From Nageia nagi (Eukaryota > Plantae > Pinophyta): 64,000 nt of DNA. Each line of letters begins with the position of its first letter. Position 1 is the first letter of the stretch. Below the pieces are notes generated by a model. The model did not search any database, was not told where the DNA came from, and saw only the letters and a list, made by a program, of their open reading frames with translations. Below, piece after piece: positions 14,010-25,543 of the stretch. The translations under genes and the position numbers were made by a program. The stretch covers positions 76,322,001 through 76,386,000 of the forward strand of contig JBITNC010000001.1 in NCBI GenBank assembly GCA_050084985.1, read 5' to 3'.

Positions 14010-15830
14010 TCAAAATGAAATGATCTTAGGATATAGAATAAACAAATATAATGAAAGGGCCTATGATTTGTTTGATAAAATATTTCATCTAATAATAACC
14101 AAAAAGCTGAAGGAAGTGTTGATAGAATCTTTAGTATTGTTTGGCATAAGGTTTCATAGAATGCCCAAAATAGATAAGAGGAGAAAAGTTTAGTATTGTA
14201 CAGCAAAATGTTTCAACGTATGCCAAGAAAAGTATGTTGAAAAGAGCTTAAATTGTTTAACAAAATACTTCAACGAATGCCACTCAAAACAAACATATTG
14301 AAAGGATCCTCAAATTGTTTGATAAAAATATATAGAACTTCCAAAGTGGACACGTTAAAAGGGGATCCGCGAATAGTTTGACAGAGTGATTCATCCATTA
14401 GAGTCTCTATTACTATATGAAGGATGCCAACAGGGATGTCAAAAGGGTTTGTACGAATTTGGCAAGGAGCCTCACTGAGTTGCAGTTTCATGAAATGTAA
14501 TGACCTTGAAGTGACTACAAGCGGGTAAACTAAAAAGGATGCTTGATTTATTTGACAAAGTTCCTCAACAAATGCGAATTCAAGAGCACAGTAGTGGATG
14601 TGATCTGCGTTAAAAAAGAAATGCATATTTAATTGAAAAGCCGCCCACATTGAAATAATGTTTGATTGAAGGTAAATGACGCAACGAGTACTCAAACAAA
14701 TATGCAAAAAGGGTTCTTAAAGTATTTGAACAATCATTTCATCGAGCGCAGTCTAAAATGATCACATGAAGTGAAAGTATTGAAGGGATATGAAAATTTC
14801 TTTATGGAATTCCTCATTAAATCTAGTCTCACTTACTACAATGAGCGAACAAAAACTAGACAAACTATAGGGCCTCTGAATTGTTTGATAAAATGCTTAA
14901 TAGGATATAGTCTAATACGATGCAATGATGGGATAATATGCTATTATCAAGCATAGAGCCAAACTCTGCAATGTCTGAAAACGTTCTTACAATATGTAAA
15001 CCATACAAGGTCTCGTTTGCCAGACTACGATCGCAGCAAGATTTGTATAAAATGGGTTCTGATAAAGGTTATAGAAATATAAAGCAGATGCAATCATCAA
15101 GTGTAAAGCCAAAATCTGCAACCTCCATGAGCATTCTTCCAAAACAGCCACCATGCTCATAATGGGTTTTCTGAGAGAAGCGACATTTAAGTAGATGCAA
15201 TTGTCAAATGTAAAGCCAAGTTCTGCAATCTTTGTGAGCATTCTTCCAAAATGACTATCGAGCGAAATGAATACACAAAGTCTGGGTCTTGTGGGCTGCA
15301 ACCATGGTAGGATATGTACAATTTGATGCATCAATAGGGCCTATGGATTATTAAATAGAAACCTTCGATAGATAACCCCAAGGACGCAGTGACTTGCTAC
15401 CTAAAATATCTATGCAATGACCACTGATTTAAAAATAAATGAGCATATTAAAGAGCTCAAAAATTGTCTGGCACATCAAGAATAGCCACCGATTTGTTTA
15501 ACATACTACTCTATCGAATTGCATTGCTTGCACGATCAAAAAGGTAAAACAAAGGGGATTTAAGACCTTTCCGAGAAAAAGCTTCACAGAATATCAATAT
15601 TAGACAATCGAAGTGATCATATGATGCAAATCGTAACAAGGATGTTAAGGAGGCCTGAGAATAGGCGACATGGATCCTCTTATGCTATCCCAAATGGGCG
15701 TAAATAAGTTTGTTAAGAAATCCATGGGAACACAACACATCTTGGAACTGTGGACTTCATGGATGTCACTAATCACGACTATGTAGGTATAGTTGTGAAC
15801 GAAGATATGCTAAGATTTGACAAGCACTTA
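14010..15830 (+). pseudogene. PPR (PLS-class-like) motif-fragment array in the 3' LTR of A, non-coding
   Basis: Translated fragments include NEMILGY..ERAYDLFDKIFHL, LKLFDK, LDLFDKVPQQ, SELFDKMLNR, KQMQSSSVKPKSATSMSILP and MQLSNVKPSSAIFVSILP. These match PPR consensus pieces WNAMIAGYAQNG..EKALELFDKMPQR and KQMQLAGVKPNSTTFASILP. Frameshifts and stops occur throughout. Confidence 0.88.
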
Positions 15831-17156
15831 TTTCAAGTTAAAATTTGTTTAAAATCACGATTAAACTCAAGGAGACTTCCATACCATCAGTAAAAAATAA
15901 GGTGGTACTAAACCCAATGTGATTTATCTATTATTCCTGTTTCCAAGTACTATTTCTGCAAAAGTTAGTTCACGTGCACTCGCATGGCCATAAATTTTCT
16001 GTATTTAAATTTTTTCTTTATCTTTAGTACATATGTAGACAAGATGTATCCATTTTCACATGCAAAAGTATGAAATAAATACAAAGGTTACATCTTATAA
16101 TACAAATAAAATAGAACCTTTGAAAACTAATAATCTTATTAATAATTCTCACAAACTTTGTTTTTAAGAAGTCTTTCCATCAAAAATTACTAAACAAATT
16201 CAAAACCAAAACTAAACACTTAGTACTAGAGTCTTGAGATTAGCATTGGACATAAATGGAGAAGAGTTATTTCCTCTATGTCCCTCTAGGCCAATGTTTT
16301 TGAGAGAAGAGTAGTGTTTTTATAAGGTTCACTCATCTAGTATTTATAGGCATATTTTGATATAGTCCCTCCAAAAGTAGGACTATTTGGCCAACTAATT
16401 TTAATTTTTTTGGTAGATGTAGGTCCTTTACTTTTTGTTTTGTGGGGGATGTCAATTAATTATGTTTGTAGGTGGACTATCCTCTAAAAACAAACTTTAG
16501 TCATCTCATACTATGTTACAAATTTTTTCTAATAATTTCTTACATCGAACACATGAAGACAAATTGTATGGGTGCCTTCTTTCAATTATTGGTACAAATT
16601 CCAAGTCCACTTACAATTAGCAAAATAAGACAATTAATCTTTTCAATTTCTAATTTTATTTTCATCTTAGTTTATTAAATTATTTTGATGAAAAATTCAA
16701 ATTTAAACCATTGGAACATTCCTTCCCTCCTTAACCAATTTTTACAATACATATACTTTTAAAAATCATTTTTACTTGGAATGACCTTTCATCCTATAAG
16801 GTAATTCATGAGTGCATACATGCATGCATCATCGAAATTGAAACTAATGCATGATGATGATATGCATCTACATGATTCCTTATGGCTATCAGCAATTCAA
16901 TGCTAATCATTTCTTCACTCTTACCAATTTGTTCCCTGCAACCAACTTATCTTTGGTTCTTCAAGGTCTCCATCTTGACATTCCCATTAGTCGACCTATT
17001 ACCTATGTCATAATAACCTTGAAGCTAGCATCAAATTGATACAAATAGTGCATAAATCATTCATATTCCATTTCACTTGATATATTTGTTTGCAATTTAG
17101 TTCAAATCCCCCAAGGTCATTAGGTCTCCTCAAGGATGTTTGGGTGGGTCATTGCA

Positions 17157-17175
17157 TACTACCCCCTTTAAAAAG
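17157..17175 (-). promoter_or_regulatory. Polypurine tract of A
   Basis: Minus strand TTTTTAAAGGGGGTAGTA immediately before the TG of the 3' LTR; nearly identical to B's PPT. Confidence 0.85.
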
Positions 17176-19770
17176 AATACAATCCCTTATGTTCTTAATC
17201 TACATCAATAATAAAGTGTAATAATGTTTACATAACCATTCATATAGATAATAAATTTATCTTCTCATAAAATATAGCTTCTCAAAATGGAAAGAGATTC
17301 ACACAAATTCATCTTATTATGCTAAACATGCGTATATATTTTAGCTACTCATCTTTTTAGTCCTAAAACTAAGATTTGATGAAGAGATTTCAACATCTAG
17401 GTGATCCAATACTTGTAAGATTAAAGAAATCAAAGCACACAATTGATCAAACATTTCTTTTTTGAAGAAGATACATAGAGACATCTTATCCCTTTTGATA
17501 ATTTGGGTGATAGTTCAAGCATGTAAACCATTTGACTCCCTTTTTAGTTATACTCAAAGGACCAATTAGGATTTTGTTTTCTTTGGAACTTATGGCATAG
17601 CTATAGTAAATTCTTGAAGAGAAATCCTTGCTCCTCTAATTGCTCATAAATTTTGGATGGATCATGACTAGATCCTCCATATCATCAGTAGGAGTTCTCC
17701 ATCTCCTTATATTAAAGCATGGAATCAATTTTTTTCAAGAAGATAAATATGACTCAGTACTAGGAAACATTTTTCTAATTAGTCAAATATTCTCTGAATG
17801 CTTGAAGCTTTGTGGTATAAACATAATTCATAGCTTCCACAAAGTCATCATTGGTAGGTTTTTAGCATACTAATTCGATTAACATAACCACCACCAAGTA
17901 AATGTACAAATCCATCAAGCAATTTTTGAATGGAAATTTCATAGAGAATATTAAATTTCACTTCACTTTGTAAACATGCTTTGTACTAGATTTCATCATT
18001 CCCATTTAATCTACGAGGAATTCAATGTCCTAATACCTCCTTTCATCCTTAGATGGCAATTAATTCCTCTTCTTTCATAAGACCTATTCTTATGAATCAA
18101 ATTTTATCCTTTGTAGGGAATTTTCCTTAGTAATTCAAGACACCTTCAAAGTGAAATATTTTCAAATGAGTACAATTATATTAACTTTTTGAAGAAGTTT
18201 AGCCTATTTTCACACTTATTTACTCACCTTTTGTCAAAGATTTTAATGATCTCAACTTGTTTCGTCCAATGATGCTAAAATTAATAAAAAAATTCAAAAA
18301 TCTAGAAAGGTTTTATGCACAAATACCCAGATTTGAAGTGGTAGTGGTGGTATTCTTTGGTTGTTCCTTTTTAAAGGGATATTGATTCTAAAAATGCTTT
18401 CCACCACATGCCTAACAACCTTTGGTGTTTTTATTTCCAAACATTATTTTTTTTAAGATTGATTTGTTCTTTGTCCATGCTTTTGATTACTACATTTTTT
18501 GTATACTTCATCAAGAAGTAGGTTTAATAGTTCTTGTTATTCTACCATTCAAAATTGCATATCCTTCAGTTACTTTTGAATCAATATGAAATTTTCAAGG
18601 ATTTGGAATGCATTTACATCATCATTCTCTTGAGATATATTTTTCTTGATGACATCATCTTGAACTTTCTAACTTGAATTATCCATTAGTTTGGATTCCA
18701 TTACTTGACATAGTAACAAAGTTGAGTCACTATGCTAAAAGGTCTAATTCCTTATTGCTTATAAACTACAGTAATTTTAATTTAGCCAAAAGAGACTTTC
18801 ACATATTCTACTTAATACATTATTGAATTAATCACGTCTTTTCAAATGATGGGATTTTAAAATCTTTTGTTGACCTTGAGCATATTCTTACAGTAATATT
18901 CATTCACATCACCATAAAAAGTAATGATATTGTACTTTTATTCTTTTTATTGTACACCTAACTTGGATCACTTTTAAAAGTTTTTGCAACATTCCTTTTT
19001 CTTTTATCATTTTTGACTAAATTGATGTAGACCTATGAGGTTTTCATTCAACTATGTTTTTAATATCCTTTTTACTTTTGACCTAGTATTATCTTATTTT
19101 TGCATTTCAACTATCATTGTAGTTTATTTCACAAGGTTCCTAATCTTAGGGTAAGGCACCTCCTAATGAACATTTCTTTAGCTTAATATCAAATATTTGA
19201 TGGTACTTTATTGAATCATCAACTCCCATTTGGATGATTCTCCCTAATTTTCATATTTTATTACCACTTCCAAGGCTAATTTCCACTAATAGTCATGTTC
19301 TTATCTATTTCTCAAGTAATACTATCAAGAAGTGTTAACTTAGTCTTATCTAGGTACCTTTTTCAAGTCCATAGGGGTATATACTTTTCTTACTTTCGAT
19401 GGGGTAACTAAAATTTCATTCATTCAATCCTTCTCCTAGTACACTATGGAATATGTATCCCTTTTACACCTTAAGGGTACCTTCCAAGTTCTTAATATCT
19501 ATTCCTAATAGGTCATCCTACCTAGATAATACCCATTTCCTTGGGTGTAATTGAGATAGTTTTCTATTTTAGATGAAAGAGATTAGGTTAACCCTAATCA
19601 TTAACATTACTAACATGTCATCTCTTTCTATAATGAGGCAAGTTTTCAAATGCTCTAATGAATCATGGGGGGAATGCCATAAGTTAATTCCATAAAAATA
19701 AGTTTAATTAAATTGAGTAACTTTTTCAGTAAAAGGTCATGGATCGTAGGCTCAAGATTTTGAACTTGAA
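17176..19770 (-). pseudogene. Deleted gag/pol remnant of A (gag zinc knuckle, RNase H end/integrase pieces, GPY/F-chromo region; PR and RT not seen)
   Basis: Minus strand GC*ACGGKHF zinc-knuckle remnant at ~18385-18420 and a GPLSITKKG..VYMLELSP GPY/F-type remnant at ~17500-17565. Only 2.6 kb separates the PBS and PPT. Confidence 0.65.
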
Positions 19771-19782
19771 GCTTTGATACCA
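19771..19782 (-). promoter_or_regulatory. Primer-binding site (tRNA-iMet type) of A
   Basis: Reverse complement TGGTATCAAAGC, 1 nt from the LTR end; the canonical site is TGGTATCAGAGC. Confidence 0.9.
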
Positions 19783-21803
19783 ATGTTGTGAGCTACTAGC
19801 ACCCATATGCCAAGATTGGTAGAGTCTAAAATAACCAATCCTAATTAAAAACTTTTTGATGTTCACTCCACGATGCTCATCCCATTAAGAAGATACCTTG
19901 TAGGTGACCCCACCATTCCTACCCCATAAATTGTGTAACAGATATTCTAGTCATGATGTTATGGTTTCCTACATGTGTCCCATATAACTAACGAAACTCT
20001 CTTCCACAAGATTATACATCCTCACCCAATGTATGACCCTTTGATTCATAGGTGTAGATAGATTATCTTAGGAAATTCTCCATATGAATGGGTAGCATCA
20101 TCATTTATGAAACAATCATCATACTCCTATATGGTAAACTATAAGCAGTATGACTACTAAATTACCCTCACCTGGTAACCATTGTTTTATCAATTGCTAC
20201 CTCATCTAATACCCTATTAAGGATATGGGACACTAGCTTTTCCATATCTATCAGCTACGCCCACCATGGAGTTTGGCATCCTCGTACCCATATCTTGGGA
20301 AGCCATGGGTATTAGATTAACAATACCCTAACTAGTTGTTTAAGTGTAATAAATTTTGTTAGTAATCATGTTTATCAAATGGAAAATCAATAACTCATTA
20401 ATCATATGTAGGAAGTTTTTCCAAGAAGCTCAATTATGAAACTGAAAAGGTAAATTCAACCATAATTGCACAACATAAAGCAAGATCATTACTTCACAAG
20501 CAGGTAACAAGGCATTTTGGCATAGAATGTATCTCAAAAACTTCATTATTTATGGAATACATCTTATAACTAATCTAATACTTTACCTTTAAAGTAAGGT
20601 ATTTCATTGGTTCACCCATCAAGGGATTACATTACATTTAGTATGATCCTAACCATGGATTGTTATCATTTTCAAAAGTACATAATATTTTCCATGAGTC
20701 ATTGATTCTCCATACATAGTATATCAAACTAGGGTTTTCATTTATGGTACAATTTGTAATAATCTTATTTTTCAAGAGCATATTCAACTTTAAAGATGTT
20801 ATATGGCTCCATCCTTATCTTTAACAAGCCTTAATCCATCTACTATCATCCTTGAGCATGCCTCCATCCATAGAAACCAAGGTGATATGATTTTGAGTAC
20901 TAGTATTAGATTAGAGTTTGGAAGGATTGGGATAACTCTTGGATTTATGAAAATGCATCCTACCCTAGATGCAAACACATCATATACTTTAAATACACAA
21001 TACTCTCTCTTGATCTCAATAGAATTTATGTATTTCCAAAGGCTACCTATCTTCCTCGATCATGTAGTCTATTAATGCATCATCCATTCAAAATTTCATC
21101 TCAAACAAATACTACATTTCAAATCTCTATAGATTCTAGGTCACATTAAGAGATTACCCATCATCCTCGATCATGGAGATGATTGAAAATATTATACATT
21201 ATCATTCATTCTCATAAAGCAAGATCATATCCTTTTAATATCATTTTAATAACAACCAATGTCCTCATGATCTTGAAATGATTTTTAAACTACCTCTTTT
21301 AAAAGTAAAATCACACAGAAAATTATTATTAACTTCCACAAACCACATATTGTATCATGATCAAAAGATCAATCATGAAATGAATGTACTTCTATTAGCA
21401 TTAATTAAAGCATTAAAAAAAAGGTCTCATCCATATCATTATAGTAATATACTTTTCTCTTCTAAATTAATGAGAAGTTAGCACTTCTAGTTTGATATCC
21501 AACTTGCTAATTTCTTCAACCCCAACTACTATACTTAGTAACTTGGTCACATCACTTATTACTCAAATTCTTGTGCTAGCATTACACCCTTGAGGATTAA
21601 TATATCACACCCTCATTTGATCTCATAATGGTATAGTGAGTTAAGTTATAGAGGACTTGTTTATCATCTTTTCGTGAGTGAGTTTGATTTATACTATTGT
21701 ATGCAATTAAGAGAATTATAATTACCAATGTACCATTGATCAAGAAATTTATTTATTTTTCTTGATCAGCACATATATTTTCATGACATGTAAGATCAAT
21801 CAA

Positions 21804-23680
21804 AATGCAATGATATTAGGATATAGAATAAAAGAATATAATGAAAGAGCATGTGATTTGCTTGACAAAATATTTCATCTAATGACAACCAAAAGGCTAA
21901 AGGAAATGTTTATAGAACCTTTAGTATTGTTTGACATAATGTTTCATCGAATGCCCGAAGATAAGAAAAGTTTATTATTGTTTGGCAAAATGTTTCAACG
22001 TATGCCAAGATAAGTATGTTGAAAAGAGCTTAAATTGTTTAACAAAATACTTCAACGAATGCCACTCAAAACAAACATATTGAAAGGATCCTCAAATTGT
22101 TTGATAAAAATATATAGAACTTCCAAAGTGGACACGTTAAAAGGGGATCCGCGAATAGTTTGACAGAGTGACTCATCCATTACAGTCTCTATTACTATAT
22201 GGAGGATGCCAACGGGGATGTAAAAAGGGTTTGTAAGAATTTGGCAAGGAGCCTCACTGAGTTGCAGTTTCATGAAATGTAATGAATGACCTTGAAGTGA
22301 CTACAAGCGGGTAAACTAAAAAGGGTCCTTGATTTGTTTAACAAAGTTCCTTGACAAATGTGAATTCAAGAGCGCAGTAGTGGACGCAATCTGTGTTAAA
22401 AACGAAATTCAGATTTAATTAAAAAGCCACCCACATTGAAATAAGATTTGATGGAAGGTAAATGGCGCAACAAGTACTCAAATGAATATGCAAAAAGGGT
22501 TCTTGAAGTGTTTGAACAACCGCTTCATCGACCTTCAATATACTGCTCACGGAGAAGAGCGAAATCGTTAGAAGAACTCAAGATTTATTTGATAAAACTT
22601 TTCATTGAGGGCAGTATAAATGATCCCATGAAGTTAAATTATGGAAAGGATATGTAAATTGCTTGATGGAATTCCTCATTAAATCTAGTCTCTCTTACTA
22701 CAATGAGTGAACAGAAAACAGACACGCTAAAGGGCTGCTGAATTGTTTGACAAAATGCTTATTAGGATATAGTCTCGTTTGATGCAATGATAGCAAAATA
22801 TGTTATTGTCAAGCGTAAAGCCAAACTATGCAATCTCTGCAAACATTCTTCCAATATGGCAACCATACAAGGTCCAGTTTCCTAAACTACGATCACAGCG
22901 GGATTTGCACAAAATGGGTTTTCTGAAAAAGGCTATAGAAATATAAAGCAAATGCAATCATCAAGTATAAATCCGAACTCTACAACCTCTGTGAGCATTC
23001 TTCCAAAATAGACACCATGCTCAAAATGGGTTTTCTAAGAGAAGTATATTTAAGCAGATGTAGTTGTCAAATGTAAAGCCAATCTCTGCGAGCATTCCTC
23101 CAGAATGACTATCGAGCGAAATGAATATACAAAGGCCGGGTCTTGTGGGCTACAACCATAGTAGGATATGTACAATTTGATGCATCAATAGGGCCTATGG
23201 ATTATTAAATAGAAAACTTTGATAGATACCCCAAGGGAGCAGTGACTTGCTACCTAAAATATATATGCATTGACCACAAATTTAAAAATAAATGAGCATA
23301 TTAAAGAGCTCACGAATTGTCTGGCACATAAAGAACAGCCAATGATTTGTTTAACATACTCTCCATCAAATTGGATTGCTTGCAAGATAAAAAAATGTAT
23401 TTTAAGGGGATTTAAGACCTATTCGAGGAAAACCTTCACAAAATATCAATATTAGACAATCAAAGTGATCGTATGATGCAAACCGTAACGAGGGTGTTAA
23501 GGAGGCCTGAGAATAGGCGACATAGATCATCTTGATGCTATCCCAGATGGGCATAAATACATTTATTTAGAAATGTCATAGGAACACAACACATCGTGGA
23601 ATTCCAGACTTCATGGATGTCACTAATCACTACTATGTAGGTATAGTTGTGAAGGAAGATGTGCTAAGATTTGACAAGCA
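21804..23680 (+). pseudogene. PPR motif-fragment array in the 5' LTR of A (second copy)
   Basis: Fragments NAMILGY..ERACDLLDKIFHL, LLLFGKMFQRMPR, KRVLEVFEQ, gaattgtttgacaaaatgc (ELFDKM) and KQMQSSSINPNSTTSVSILP. Colinear with 14010-15830 plus one extra unit. Confidence 0.88.
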
Positions 23681-24191
23681 CTTATTTCAAGTTAAAATTT
23701 ATTTAAAATCACGATTAAACTCTAGGAGACTTCCCTACCATCATTAAAAGATAAGGTGGTGCTAAACCGAATGTAATTTATCTATTCCTATTTCGAAATA
23801 CTAAGTCCGCAAAAGTTAGTTAACATGCACTCACATGGTCACAAATTTTCTTTATTTTAAATTTTATCTTTATCTTTATTACATACGTGGATAAGATGTA
23901 CCAACTTTTACATGTAAGAGTACGAAATAATACAATGGTTACATTTCTCATGATTCAAAAAAATATAACCTTTGAAAACTAATAATCTTATTAATAACTC
24001 TTACAAATTTTATTTTAAACAATCCTTTCCATAAAAAATTAGCAAACAAATTCAAAATCAAAACTAAACACTTTAGTATTCAAGTCTTGAGAATATCACT
24101 AGGACTTAAAAGGGGAAGAGTTCTTTCCTCCACATCCCTCTAGGAAAAATTTTGAGAGAAGAGAAGTGTTTTTCTAAGGTCACTCACCTAG

Positions 24192-24199
24192 TATTTATA
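24192..24199 (-). promoter_or_regulatory. Putative TATA box of A 5' LTR (equivalent at 16341-16348 in the 3' LTR)
   Basis: Minus strand gccTATAAATActagg followed by a pyrimidine-rich tract (cttctcttctctc), a typical LTR promoter layout. Conserved in both LTRs. Confidence 0.7.
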
Positions 24200-25041
24200 G
24201 GCATATTTTGATATAGTCCCTTCAAAAGTGGGACTATTTGGCCAACTCATTTTAATTTGTTTGGTAGGTGTATGTCTTTTACTTTTTGTTTTGTAGGGGA
24301 TGTTAATTAATTATATTTGTGGGTGGTCTATCCTTCAAAATAACTTAATAGTGTTATCTTCAAATAACTTAGTCACCTCATACTATGTTACAAAATGTTT
24401 TTAATAATTTCTTGCACCTAACACATGAAGACAAATTGTATGGGTGTCTTCTTTCAATTATAGGTGCAAAATTTCAAGTCCACTTGCAATTAAAAAAATA
24501 AGATAATTAATCTTTTCAAATCCTAATTTTATTTGCCCTTTAGTTTATTAAATTATCTTGGTGAAAAATTCGAATTTAAACCATTGGAACATTCCTTCCC
24601 TCCTTAAGTAATTTTTAAAATGCATATATTTTTAAAATTCATTTTTACCTCAAATGACCTTTCATCCTGCAAGGTAATTTGTTAGTGCATACGTGCATAC
24701 ATAATTGAAATCGAAACTAATGTATGATGATGATATGTATCTACATGATCTATAAGATTCCTTGTGGCTATCAACAATTCAATGCCAATCATTTCTTCAC
24801 TCCTACCAATCCATTCTCCACAACCAACTCATCTTTGGTTCCTTAAGATCTCCATTTTCACATCCATGTCAGTTGACCTATTACCAGTGTCATAATAACC
24901 TCAAAGCCAACATCAAATTGATACAATAGTGCATAAAATTATTCATATTCCATTTCACTTCATAAATTAGTTTGTAATTTAGTTCAATTCCCCCAAGGTC
25001 GTCAGGTATTCAAGGGCATTTAGGTAGGTCATCACATTTGT

Positions 25042-25440
25042 GTGAAGATATGTAAAGTTATTTAGAAAAATGAAGTGAATCAACATGATGACAATGTTGG
25101 TGAAGTTTTTGAATTAATGTTTACAATTGCTCATAGAGAAAAAAATGTTAAGAATACAAATTTTGATGAGAATTATAAGTTTTATGATGAAGAGGGAATT
25201 TATCCTATGATGACATTCGTGTTTGTGATAAGTTCGTTGCAAAAAGTAATAGACATGAAGGAAACCATGTTCGAAAAGTAAACGTTTATTAGGTTTTAAC
25301 AAAGAAAAAGTTTCAACTTTTATAATTTTTAATTACAAAACTAAAAGAAATAGGAAGGAAGACCAATCAATCAAGTTTTCAAGTATGTAATGCTTCCAAA
25401 TTCATTCCTAAGTTATGTTAGCATCAAGGGGGAGAATTTT
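25042..25440 (+). mobile_element. Old Copia-like 3' remnant (host sequence of A; continues from 1-371)
   Basis: Decayed coding-like AT-rich sequence on both sides of A's TSD, ending in a Copia-type PPT gcatcaagggggag at ~25421-25435. No LTR pair was found. Confidence 0.35.
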
Positions 25441-25543
25441 AAAGTCTAACATTTATTGAAGATATTTTGAAATGCTAAATATGGCCTCAAAATTGATGTT
25501 TCAATATTTTACCTAGAAACACACCCCTTGTGTTTCATAAGCT

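Larger units (their letters stand above)
377..17156 (-). repeat. 3' LTR of element A (377-769 + 12242-17156; interrupted by element B)
   Basis: 523-769 aligns to 19784-20029, and homology resumes at 12242 (tgtatgaccctttgattcat = 20030). It ends gggtcattgca at 17156, next to the PPT. Confidence 0.9.
377..25036 (-). mobile_element. Element A: non-autonomous (internally deleted, LARD-like) Ty3/Gypsy LTR retrotransposon with ~5.3 kb cargo-bearing LTRs
   Basis: TG at 377 and CA at 25035-25036, with perfect 5-bp TSD TTTGT (372-376, 25037-25041). Long direct repeats (523-769 + 12242-17156 vs 19784-25036). Minus-strand PBS TGGTATCAAAGC at 19771-19782 and PPT at 17157-17175. Confidence 0.92.
19784..25036 (-). 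repeat. 5' LTR of element A
   Basis: Abuts the PBS, ends ggtcatcaca followed by the TSD, and is colinear with the other copy. It lacks ~145 bp near the PBS-proximal end that is present at 377-522. Confidence 0.9.

Noticed and set aside
14270-14707. 145-aa minus-strand ORF
   Set aside because: It is an antisense shadow of the PPR array, and only 73 aa remains open in the second copy.
13993-15162. Functional PPR protein gene
   Set aside because: Only 60-83 aa ORF pieces exist, with frameshifts between almost every motif and missing helices. No E/DYW domain was seen.
14010-15830. CRISPR-like repeat/spacer array
   Set aside because: The repeats are degenerate, both cores and linkers derive from PPR codons, there are no cas genes, and the context is eukaryotic.
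23534-23554. miR390-like target site gatgctatcccagatgggcat (also 15681-15701)
   Set aside because: Only ~15/21 positions match, with mismatches opposite miRNA positions 2 and 8-10. It is on the strand opposite the LTR promoter, so it is too weak without degradome data.
23730-23746. miR482/2118-like seed cttccctac at the promoter-proximal edge of the cassette
   Set aside because: The match is limited to ~9 nt and is not conserved in the other LTR (cttccatac).
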